From assembly GCF_963921235.1 (NCBI RefSeq), contig NC_086101.1, positions 3,908,001 to 3,972,000 on the forward strand: a stretch of 64,000 nt of DNA, read 5' to 3'. Origin of the DNA: Mobula hypostoma (Eukaryota). The notes under the pieces are model-generated. The model worked only from the letters and a program-made list of their open reading frames with translations, was not told the DNA's origin and did no database searches. Within the stretch, counting starts at the first letter, position 1; each line of letters opens with the position of its first letter. Shown in pieces: positions 24,803 through 35,911 of the stretch. Position numbers and translations under genes: made by a program.

Positions 24803-26745
24803 TAATTTGGAAGGGGACGAGGACCGGAGTGATAGGGCTGAGGATGGGGCAGTTGATATACAAGTTGATGCATTGTGTAGTGGGACGGTGAGGAAGAACA
24901 GACAGATGATGGGACTGAAATGCAGTCGGTGGGATGAGTTGCAGTCAACAGGGGGCAAAATCTAAAAGAGTGACCAACACAGGACTGAAGGTGCTATATT
25001 TGAATGCACGAGGTACACAGAATAAGGTAGATGATCTTGTGGCACAATTAGAGACCTGCAGGTATGACATCATGGGCATCACTGAATAGTGGCTGAAAGA
25101 AGATCATAGTTGGGAGCACAGAGTAGATGTGGAAAGGCTGTTTCCCTTGGTGGGTGAGTCCAGGACAAGAGGCCACAGTCTTAGAATTACAGGGTACCCA
25201 TTTGAAACAGAGAAGAGGAGAAATTTTTTAGCCAGAGGGTTGTGTATTTATGGAATTCGTTGCTACATACAGCTGTGGAGGCCGGATCATTGAGGGTGTT
25301 TAAGGAGGAGTTTGATAGGTATCTAATTAGTCAGGCTATCAAGGGATATGGGGAAAAAGCCGGAAATTGGAACTGGATGGGAGAATAGTTTAGCTCATGG
25401 TGGAGATGTGGAGCAGACTCGATGGGCCGAATGGCCTACTTCTGCCCCTTTGTCTTGTGATCTTAACATCCAAGGATACACAGGGTATCGAAGGGACCGG
25501 CAGGTAGGCAGAGTGGGTGCATTGGCTCTGTTGGTAAAAATTGAAATCAAATCCTCGGAAAGAGGTGATACAGGATTGGAAGGTTTAGATTCTTGTCGGA
25601 AGAGCTAAGAGCATGCAAAGTTGGGAGTTAGATGCATTCTTCCGAACAGTAGACAGGACATGGGATGTACGTTACAATGGGAGATAGAAAATGCATGTAA
25701 TAAAGGCACTGTTCTGATAACTATGGGGAATTGCAATATGCAGGTGGGTTGGCAAAATCTGGTTGAGCTGAAGCCTGAGAAATGGAATTTGTAGGGTGGC
25801 TTTTTAGAGCAGCTTGTGCATGAGCATACAAGGAGATCGGGGTTCTGGACTGAGTGTTGTATAATAAACCGAATTTGATTAGGGAGCTTAAGGTAAAGGA
25901 ACCCTGAGTAGGTCATGATCATAACATGGGAGAATTCACCCTGCAGATGAACAGGGAGGAGATACAGTCAGATCTATGCGCATGACAGTGGGGTAAAGGG
26001 AATTACAGAGGCATGAGACAGTAAATGGCCAAAGCTGATTGGAAGGAGACACGATCAGGGATGATTCAAAGGTCAAAGTAATTTCATTGTGAAAATACAA
26101 TTGTGCTAAAACTGGCAAATGCAATGTTGGCATTCATTTCAAAGGGATTCGAATATAAAAACAATGAGATAATGCTGAGTCTTTATAAGACACACGTCAA
26201 GCTGCATTTGGAGTACTGTCCACAGGTTTGACCCGATATCTCAGAAAGGATGTGTTGTCGTTGGAGAGAGTCCAGAAGAGGTTCACGAGGATCATTCCAG
26301 GAATGAAGGGGTTAACATATAAGGAATGTTTGGCAGCTTTGTGTCTGTACTCACTGGAATTTAGAAGAGTGCGGGGAGATATCATGAAACCTACTGAATA
26401 TGGAAAGAACCAGATAAAGTGGAGGTCGAGAGGATGTTTCCTATAGTGTGGGTGTCCAGAACTAGAGGCACAGACTCAACATTGAGGGGAGACCCATTAG
26501 AACAGAGTAAGGAGGAATTTATTTAACCAGAAAGTAGTGAGTCTGTTCAATGCTCTACCAAAGACAGCTGTGGAGACCAAGACCGTAGGTATATTTAAAG
26601 TGAAAACTGATAGTTTTCTGATTGGTCAGTTTATGGACAGAAGGCAGATATAGTGGGATTGAGTGGAATCTGGGATAAGCCATGATGGAATATTCGATGG
26701 GCTGAATGGCCTAATTCTGCTCCTATATCTTATGGTCCTATGGTC
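24803..26745 (+). mobile_element. Composite of nested, decayed CR1 fragments
   Basis: EN start (LKVLYLNAR) near 24990, inserted CR1 3' piece about 25120-25460, further EN remnant, another 3' end to about 26745. Confidence 0.7.
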
Positions 26746-26822
26746 TATTCATTACTCATTATCTTCCATACCCATGTCTCTAAGAACACACTGAGGGCCT
26801 CTCCCATCTCCTGTGGCTCCAG

Positions 26823-26965
26823 GTGCAGTGGCACGGTAGTGTAGTGGTTAGCACAACGCTTCACAGTACAGGTGACAAGGGTTCAATTCCCAACGCTGCC
26901 TGCACGGAGTTCGTACATTCTCCCTGGACCGTGTGGGTTTCCTCCGTGTGCTCTGGTTTCCACAG
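26823..26965 (+). mobile_element. V-SINE (HE1-like) head; related copies near 12690, 42770-42890, 43230-43450, 58410-58480 and 63640-63770
   Basis: GGCACGGTAGTGTAGTGGTTAGCAC...GGTTCAATTCCC...GGGTTTCCTCCG tRNA head plus V-domain-like motif. Confidence 0.7.
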
Positions 26966-28122
26966 TATTCCGAGTGTGGTCTACCATCGATGTCAACGGC
27001 CTTGGTGAAGTTCATGTGGACAATGTCAATCACCCTGTCCTGGTCAATCCTCTCTGTCACCTCTTCAAGAATCTCAGTCAAATTTGTGAGATGTGATTTT
27101 GCGAGCACAATGTCGCCCTCACCTTTCCAAATGCTCCTCTATCCCGTCTCTCAGAAACTTCCCCCAATGGTTCCCATTATCAGCTCACACTCCCCACCCT
27201 CCCCCAAAACTTCACTCCATCTTCCACCCACCGTTTTGTCTCTGTGTCTGTCTTTGTCTATCATTCACTTCCCAATGTCTCCCAGCTCCAGTTCACATCC
27301 TCACCCCACCCTACCTGGGGCAACCTGCTCATCATCCTTCACCCCTCCTCAGTCCACAGTCACCTCAGACTCGTCTCATCCTTCACCCCTCCTCAGTCAC
27401 ATTACATCCTTACTTTACAAGGACATCTAAGTCCCTTTGCACCTCAGTTTTCTGTATTTTCTCTCGATGAGAATCAGAGAGAGACGGGGTGAGTGGTTTT
27501 CTTTATCGGTCAGAATACTGAGTACAGGAGCTGGGACTTCCTGTTACGAGTGTACAAGACGTTGGTGCTGCCACGTTTGGAGCAGTGTGTACTGTTCTGG
27601 TTACCTTGCTACAGGATGGATGTCATTCAACTGGAGAGGGTGCAAAACAGGTTTACAAGGATGTGACTGGGACTGGAGAGCTTGGGTTAAGAGCAGAGGC
27701 AGGACAGTCTGGGACTTTCTCCCTGAAGCCGAGGAGGCTGTAGATGCGGGTTCAGTTTTAAAATACATCTTGTCAGGTACCTGGATGAGAAGGGTGTGAA
27801 GGTAGAATGGGAAAATGCAACTAGCTCTTTAAAGCAAGTTGGGCTGAAGAGCTTCTCTGACCGTCTCTTTAAATCCCTGCAGTATTCACTTGTGTGTGTG
27901 TTGTTCGGGGGAAACTCCGCTCTCCATCCCGGAGGAGAAACCTCGGGAAGATGCTGGTTGTCCATTCGCTGTGTTTGTGTAAAATCCCGGGAAAGGGCCT
28001 TGCCGGCCACCCGACCGTGCCTGAGGCCGAGCGGCCTCTCCCCCGGTCCCGTCCCGGGGCCGCGCTGCCCGAGTCTCCCCCCGATCCCCGGGGACTCTCT
28101 AATTCTCTGCTTCTCCCCCCAG

Positions 28123-28655
28123 TCTCTGTCACCCTGGATGTGGAAACGGAGCATCCGCTGCTCGAAGTGTCTGAGGATCGGAAGAGTGTGAGATATGCCG
28201 GGACCCGGAGGGATCTCCCTGACACCGGGAAGAGGTTCACACACCGGCCTTGTGTGCTGGGATCGGAGGGGTTCACATCGGGGAGACATTACTGGGAGGT
28301 GGAGGTGACGGGGAATCGGCGCTGGGGTCTGGGAGTCACGGCAGAGTCTGTGGAGAGGAAGAGACGGGTCAGACTGAGTCCGGAGACCGGATTCTGGACC
28401 ATCGGGCGGGTTAATGACGAGATGTGGTTTCTCACCTCCCCAGAGTCCCGTCTCCCTGCCGGTCCCATCCCCGGGAGGGTGGGAGTTTATCTCTGTTACC
28501 AGTCCGGGACAGTTTCATTTTACAACGCGGAGACCAAGTCCCATCTCCACACCTTCACTGGAAATAAATTCACGGAGAAACTTTATCCTTTCTTCGGGAC
28601 TTGGGATGAAAACCAGTGTCTGAGGATCTGCTCCGGTTCCGCTCCGGGTCTGTAA
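28123..28655 (+). CDS. TRIM exon 6: PRY/SPRY (B30.2) domain and stop
   Basis: ttctccccccag acceptor; VSVTLDVET...CVLGSEGFTSGRHYWEVEV...VSFYN...LYPFF; TAA at 28653-28655; the six exons sum to 1416 nt = 471 aa + stop. Confidence 0.95.
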
Positions 28656-28720
28656 ACGGGTCGGGTCCCGGGACCGGCGTCAGGAGTAAGTCAGTGTAAA
28701 TATAAATGTGCAGAGAGTGA

Positions 28721-28726
28721 AATAAA
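28721..28726 (+). terminator. Probable polyadenylation signal of the TRIM gene
   Basis: AATAAA about 65 nt after the stop codon. Confidence 0.55.
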
Positions 28727-29842
28727 TACGATGTGAGAATTATCGATCCATTAATTTTAACTCGTTCACCGCATCCGTCAACGGGACAGAAACACCGCGG
28801 ATTCAGCAGCAGCCGCGGGCGGCGGGTCCGGAGCTCCCCGGCTCCCCCGGGTGCTAAAGTCCACCCGCACCGGGACAGGTGAAGTGGGACAAGTGGTGAT
28901 GGTGCTGACTGGGAGAGGGAGGTCAGGGTGACTCTTGGGGAGACGGGACATGTGGTGATGGTAACAGGCTGGAGAATCTCAGCGTGTCAGGCAGCATCTA
29001 CAGAGGGAAATGGATCATGACGTTTTGGCTCGATGTCCTTCCACTGGACTGAAAGTGAGAGCGGAGATGCCCGGTGTAGGACGGTGGAGGGGAAGCCAGG
29101 GTAAGAGCTGGCAGGTGAGGGGCTGATAGACACCTGAAGGAGGGGTGGAGTGTGGAAATGTGTCAGAAGCTGGGAGGTCAGAGGTGGCAGTGACAAAGAT
29201 GATGGGCAGGTGGACAGGGTGGGTGAGGAGGGTAAAATGCTGGAAGCATTCAGCCGGTCAGTCACAATCCATGGAGTTCGTATTCCATTGGTTTCAATGA
29301 GATTCCGCCCTCGCCCCCCGCCACCCTCCCCACCTTGCATTCTTCTGAATCCCAGTGAGTTCAGGCCTAAAGCTGCCAAACGCTCCTCATATGTTAACAG
29401 CTTCATTCCCGGAATCATCCTGGTGAACCTCCTCTGGACTCTTTCCAATGACAACACATCCTTTCTGAGATAAGGGGCCCAATACGTCAGGTGCAGCCTG
29501 ACTAGAGTCTTATAAAGCCTCAACATTACTCCTTGTTTATATATTCTATTCTACTTGAAATTAAAGTCCACATTGCATTTGCATTCTTTACCACAGATTC
29601 AGCCTGTAAAATTAACCTTCTGGGAGTCTTGCACGTGGACTCCAAAGTCTGTTTGCACCTCTGATGTTTAAATTTTCTCCCCATTTAGATAATACTCTGC
29701 ACCTTTTTTCCTTTTACCAAAATGTAGTATCGTACATTTTCCAACATTGTATTCCACCTGCAGATGCTGGGATCAAAGCAACACCTTCTCCTTCCCACCC
29801 TCCCCCAACCTTCTTTATAGGGCCTCTACCCCTTCCCTCTAT

Positions 29843-29877
29843 AGTCCTGACGAAGGGTTCCGGCCCGAAACGTCGAC
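29843..29877 (+). ncRNA. Minimal type I hammerhead ribozyme motif (Penelope-derived)
   Basis: AGUC-CUGACGA-A-GGGUUCCGGCCC-GAAA-CG-UC-GAC. Confidence 0.6.
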
Positions 29878-30222
29878 CGATCTTTTCCAAGAATGCTGCC
29901 TGACCTGCTGAGTTCCTCCAGCGTGTTGTGAGTGTATTCCATCTGCCATTTTTCTGCCATTTGTCTTAAATCCTGCTGCAAACGCATTGCTTTCTCAGCA
30001 CTACCTGCCCATCCACCTATCTTTGTATCGTCTGTAAATTTTGCCACAAGGCCATTAATTCTATTATCTAAATCACTGACAATGCGACAAGTAGCGGTCC
30101 CAATACTGACCCCTGTTACGAACCCACAGATTTCGTTTACTGTGGACTGTCACTTTAAGAGCGCCTGAGTGAGGCGGGACTATGACGTCAGTCACAGGCT
30201 GCTGCGAACTTAAACTCATAAA

Positions 30223-30476
<254 letters not shown>

Positions 30477-30934
30477 CTGGGGAAGCCGGTAGCTTCAGCT
30501 TGGCACAGCTGGGGCTTGGAACTCTCTTGTGCCCACAAGGGTGGGTTAAACATCGGCACGGAGTGCATAACGAATGTGTGACTGTCACTGTTCGGGGGTA
30601 TCTTGTGGGACCAATTTTGTAGCCCTTGCCTGGGACGGCAGGACGGACAGGATCTGCGGGGACTGTTATCTCGTTTTACCAACGTGGAATCTGTGGAATA
30701 CTTCCTACTTACCTTGTCTTTGCGTTTCACCGTGGATTACAAATATCTCTCTCCCATCATTTATCACGTGGATTACTGAACTTTCCTACTGAACCATCTC
30801 AAGACTCTAAACCTTGTTTCACTAAGCTCAATGGTTTTTGCGTTATATTTACACACATATAGACACATAACACTGCTAACTTTTGTTTACCTTGGTTAAG
30901 TTACTATATTATAAATAGTTACTGATAAAGATGC

Positions 30935-31215
30935 AAACACGAGGAAATCTGCAGATGCTGAAATTTCAAGCAACACGCATAAAAGTTGCTGGTGAACGCA
31001 GCAGGCCAGGCAGCATCTCCAGGAAGAGGTATAGTCGACGTTTCGGGCCGAGACACTTCGTCAGGTAGTCTTCCTTCAGTTAGTCCTGACGAAGGGTCTC
31101 GGCCTGAAACGTCGACTGCGCCTCTTCCTATAGATGCTGCTTGGCCTGCTGCGTTCACCAGCAACTTTGATGTATGTTGCTTGAATTTCCAGCATCTGCA
31201 GAATTCCTGTTGTTT
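30935..31215. mobile_element. Inverted Penelope terminal-repeat pair, about 130-bp arms
   Basis: 30935-31065 is an imperfect reverse complement of 31085-31215. Confidence 0.85.
31082..31117 (+). ncRNA. Minimal hammerhead motif (partner on - at 31033-31065)
   Basis: AGUC-CUGACGA-AGGGUCUCGGCCU-GAAA-CG-UC-GACU. Confidence 0.6.
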
Positions 31216-31429
31216 ACACTTCGTCAGGAGCGGTTTTAACATCAAAACCGGACTCAGTGTAAAATCTCTTGCTGCTGGTTTGTTTCAAGACGTTACAATT
31301 CGTAACACCTCCGAGGAACACCACAATTCACTGACGGCCAACCTGAAAAAGCCCCTCTTATCCCCAGTCTCTGCCTCCTGCCTGTCAGCCGTTCTGCTAT
31401 CCCTGCCTGTATATTTCCCGTAACGCCAT

Positions 31430-32460
31430 CGGTGCTGGGTCCATTGGTGTTTGTCTTCAATATCAACGATCTGCATGATAGTATAGCAAGCAGAGTCATC
31501 AGACCGGCGCACAGTGGACAGCGAGGAAGACTATCAAAGCTTACAGCGAGATCTGGTCCAGCTGGAAAGAATAGACTGAAAACGGCAGATGGAATTTAAT
31601 GGAAACAAGTGAGGTGTTGCACAGACACCTCCCACAAAATGCTGCAGGAACTCAGCAGGCCCGACACGCCAATTGTACTCTTTTCCATAGATGCTGCCTG
31701 GCCTGCTGAGTTCCTCCAGCATTTTGTGTGTGTCACTAGGACTTACAGGGTGAATGTTAGTGCACTGAGGAGTGTGGTATAACAGAGGTATCTGGGAATA
31801 CAGATCCGGAATTCCCTGAAAGTGGCGTCTCAGGTACAGGGGTTGTAAAGGAAATGTTCGGCACAGTGTCCTTTTATATATCAAAGTACCCTTTGAGTTC
31901 TGGAATTGGGATATTATGTTGAATTTGCATAACATGTTGGTGAGGCTTAATTTGGAGTATTGTGTGCCCTCCTGGTCTCCTACCTACAGGAAAGATATTA
32001 ATAAAATCGAAAGAGTATAAAGAAAATTTAGAAGGATGTTGCCAAGACGTGAGGACTTAAGTCATAAGGAAAGGTTGACTAGACAGGGACATAATTCCCT
32101 GAAGCTCAGGTGAATGAGGAACGATTTGATGGAGGATTATGAGAGGAACGGTATATATCGGGAAAATGGATGCAGGCATCAATACTGTTTATGGATGGGA
32201 CTACGACTAGAGTTCATAGGTTAAGGGTGAAGGGTGAAACATGAAAGGGGAAGCTGGAGGGGAACGTGTTTACTGAGAGAGTGGTGCGAGTGCGGAACGA
32301 GCTCTCTGTGGAGGTGGTTCGATTTCAATATCTGAGCTTGGATAAGTACATGCATGGAAAGGGTATGGTGGACTATTATCCAGGTGCAAGTCAGTGAGAC
32401 TCGGCAGAATACCAGCTCAACACGGACCAGATGGGCCGAAGGATCTGTTTCTCTGCTGTT
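31430..32460 (+). mobile_element. Degraded CR1 3' fragment with a Penelope remnant inserted (about 31630-31735)
   Basis: SVLGPLVFVFNINDL and LEYCV..WSP motifs. Confidence 0.7.
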
Positions 32461-32902
32461 GGTGGTGGCATCAGCAGAGACCATGGATCTGCGGCTGGAA
32501 AGTCTTGCTTCAGTCTGTGTTGGTGGAGCAGCGTCTGTTGTCTGCTGTAGTGCTCTATGATTCGATGACTATTTGCAGAAATTGTCCTCTTTTGCACATT
32601 GATTGCTTGTTTTGTCTACGTGTATTTTCCACCAAAATTGAATTGTTTTTACTTATTTCGCTGTGAACGCTGACAAGAAAATGAATTTCAAGTTCGTACA
32701 TCGTGAAGTGCACGCACTTTGATAATAAATTTAATTTGACTTTGCTCCAGTAGGGAGTTGCACTTTGAACCTGCCCTGCCTGCTGTACCGCTTTCCAGCA
32801 GCAGGTGGCGACGCCGCGCCGTGAAACTGCACTGATCTTCAGACCAACACGTACAAAACGCTGGAGGAACTCAGCAGGTCGGGCAGCATCCATGGAAACG
32901 AA

Positions 32903-32940
32903 CAGTCAACGTTTCGGGCCGAGACCCTTCGTCAGGACTG
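32903..32940 (-). ncRNA. Minimal hammerhead motif
   Basis: CAGUC-CUGACGA-AGGGUCUCGGCCC-GAAA-CG-UU-GACUG with a 5-bp helix I. Confidence 0.6.
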
Positions 32941-33609
32941 ATCTTCAGGCTGCTCCCCATCCCATCCTCACATTGAAAGTGGCACTGTCATAAACTGAAG
33001 CTTCTCACATCGATCAGCTGGATTGGCGGGATCCTGAATTCAGGGCATTAATAAAGATGAACTACTGTTTTACAAAACAGCAGAACATCAGATCGGACAA
33101 ATTTCCCAACTTCCACACCCATCTTCACCTTCCACACAGACACGTAATCAGACCTCGCCAATCCCCCATGACTCCACACACAGACACTGATCCTTAAGGA
33201 AATCTTTCTATCCGTAGTTTTAGTTTTGCTCTGAATGTGATTCTAAAATCCTCCATGACAAACCTTTACAAATCAAAGAAACTGAAGCAGAAGGTGCACT
33301 TCCCTGTGCGGCCACCAGGTGGGGGAATTGCCCCAGTTATTCGCTCTCACACTCTGCTTTCACCCATTCGGGACGGAATGTACCAGCAGATGCTCAGCGC
33401 ATCTCTGTAAGGCTGGAGTGCAGAATACTTAGTTCATGAGAATAAAACAGTTCCCAGCTTATATTGCGCTATATTACGGAAGCCCTCCAGTCACGATAAC
33501 ACTCTCATGGAGAGGCGACTTTTCCAACTTAGTGATACCTTGAGTCTCTGCACCCTGAGATGCCGATCTGTGCCAAGGAGCTACTGTGAGGGTCGGGCCT
33601 TCGTTGGCA

Positions 33610-34085
33610 TTGGAGATGGTCCAGAGAAGGTTCACGAGAATGATCCAGAAATGAAAAGGTTAATGTATGAGGTGTACACGCTGGAGCTGGTAAGGATGAG
33701 GGTGGTGGTGGTGATGTTATCTCAGTGAAAACTAGCAAATATTGAAAGGCCCAGATAGAGTGGCTGTGGAGAGGATGTTTCCAATAGTGGGAGAGTCTAT
33801 GACCAGAGGACACAGCCCCGGAATAGAGGCAACAGAGATCAGGACAAATTTCCTGAGTCAGAAGGTGGTGAATCTCTGGAACTCATTTCCACAGACTGCC
33901 ATGGTCCGAGTCACTGAGTATATTTAAAGTGGAGATGAATAGGTTCTTGGTTAGTCAGGAGATCAAGGGTTATAGGGAGAAGGCAGCAGAATGGGGTTGA
34001 GATGAAAAATCAATTGGCCATATTGGAAATGCTGAGCTATTCGATGGGCAGATTGGCCTGCTTCTGTCACTCCATCTTATGGTCC
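33610..34085 (+). mobile_element. CR1 3' fragment
   Basis: MFPIVGESMTRGHS...SQKVVNLWNS. Confidence 0.75.
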
Positions 34086-34134
34086 AATTAAGACTCTTCT
34101 TACCTTTCCACACCTTTTCCAGAATAATCACTGT

Positions 34135-34836
34135 CTGATACTCTGCACCGTGGGATACACCACCCTGAGACTCTGCACCGTGGGGTACACCACCCTGAGA
34201 CTCTGCACCGTGGGGTATTCCACCCTGAGACTCTGCACCGTGGGGTTCTCCACCCTGAGATTCTGCACCGTGGGGTTCTCCACCCTGAGATTCTGCACCG
34301 TGGGGTAGACCACCGTGAGACTCTGCAACGTGGGGTTCTCCACGCTGAGACTCTGCACCGTGGATCTCCACCCTGAGACTCTGCACCGTGGGGTATTCCA
34401 CCCTGAGACTCTGCACCATGGGGTTCTCCACCATGAGACTCTGCACCGTGGGGTATTCCACCCTGAGACTCTGCACCGTGGGGTACGCCACCATGAGACT
34501 CTGCACCATGGGGTACTTTACCCTGAGACTCTGCACCGTGGGGTTGTCCACCCTGAGACTCTGCACCGTGGGGTACACCACCCTGAGACTCTGCACCGTG
34601 GGGTTGTCCACCCTGAGACTCTGCACCGAGGGGTTCTCCACCCTGAGACTCTGCACCGTGGGGTACACCACCCTGAGACTCTGCACCGTGGGGTTGTCCA
34701 CCCTGAGACTCTGCACCGAGGGGTTCTCCACCCCGAGACTCTGCACCGTGGGATATTCCACCCTGAGACTCTGCACTGAGGGGTTGTCCACCCTGAGACT
34801 CTGCACCGGGGGGTACCCCACCCTGAGACTCTGCAC
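34135..34836. repeat. 30-bp minisatellite, 23 units plus partials (CTCTGCACCGTGGGGTnnnCCACCCTGAGA)
   Basis: Units counted directly; one 28-bp unit at 34351. Confidence 0.97.
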
Positions 34837-35369
34837 ACGTGGTAATGCTGGTTGGAAGTCTACACTGTGAGGTACAACACCCCAATCTCTGCACATGGGG
34901 TTCTGCTGATTGGGAGTCTACACTGTGGAGTACTTCACCTTGCCACGCAGTGCCAGTCAGGGACCAGCCTTTGTCCCTTATTCTGACTGCTTATTTCCAG
35001 GCTGCATCATCCCTTCCTGTCTCTCCCCAACCACACTAACCCTAAAATTAAAAGTTACAATTTTAATCAAGGGGACCCAGGAGCAACTCATCGATGAGAA
35101 AGGCGGCAAACTTCGTCAAGGAGGTCATTCGAAGTTAATTAGTGCAGAAGGGAAGCCGCACTTTTAAAATGGAAACCGAAACAGGAAACTGCAGCTGCTG
35201 GAAATCTGAAATAAAATGAGAAACTGTTGGAAATATTTAGTCGGCCAGGCAGCCTCTGTGGAGGGGGGACCAAGCTAATGTTTTAGGCCAATACCAGTTC
35301 TAACTGAAAGGTTTTTACTGGATTTACTGACTGTGTTTTGTTTTCTCATCAAAATGTGTGTGAAGAAAC

Positions 35370-35840
35370 AAATCTCGGTGGAAACTGCCCAAAGTATCAC
35401 CAGCACCTGCCTGACCCCATCAAGGCACATCGACAGAAAAGGAGCTGGAAAAGGGCTGATAACATCATGAAGGATCCCACCTTCCCTGTTGATGGACATT
35501 TGCTCCACACTCTCACCAGGGAGGAGGCCACGTAGCATCTACGCCCGGACTGCTAGACCCAAAAATAGTAACTTTCCCCAAGCAGTAAGTCTGATCAACC
35601 CCTCCACACCCCATCCACCACTACATCATCATTTCCTGTCGGTCACTTTCTGCCTGTGGTCACTTTATGGACACACAATCAATCTGTGTCGATAAGCTAT
35701 CCCATGTAGTTACATTGATTGTGATGTTTTATTATTATTGTGGTGTTTATCTCATTGTGGGTTGTTCTGGTGCTGTATTGGATCCAAACTAACAGTCGTT
35801 TCATTCTCCTTTATACTTGTGCTCCGGAAATGTCTTTAAA
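35370..35840 (+). mobile_element. Rex1-like LINE 3' fragment
   Basis: RADNIMKDPT...LSPGRRPRSIYARTARPKNSNFPQAVSLIN. Confidence 0.7.
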
Positions 35841-35911
35841 CACTTAAATCTTTCTGCTGGTTATGCGGTTTCTCAGAAAACTTTCCGTGTGTTTCCAGAT
35901 GAACAGATAGG

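Noticed and set aside
27894..28122. N-terminal extension of the PRY/SPRY ORF
   Set aside because: GC-rich intron sequence upstream of the clear acceptor at 28122; non-ATG start
34135..34836. CRISPR-like appearance or 264-308 aa repetitive proteins
   Set aside because: Variable parts are only 3-5 nt and recur, there are no cas genes and the context is eukaryotic; ORFs are open because of unit composition
35171..35185. ISRE-like GGAAACCGAAAC
   Set aside because: Sits at the A-rich edge of a Penelope remnant with no gene start nearby; could be chance
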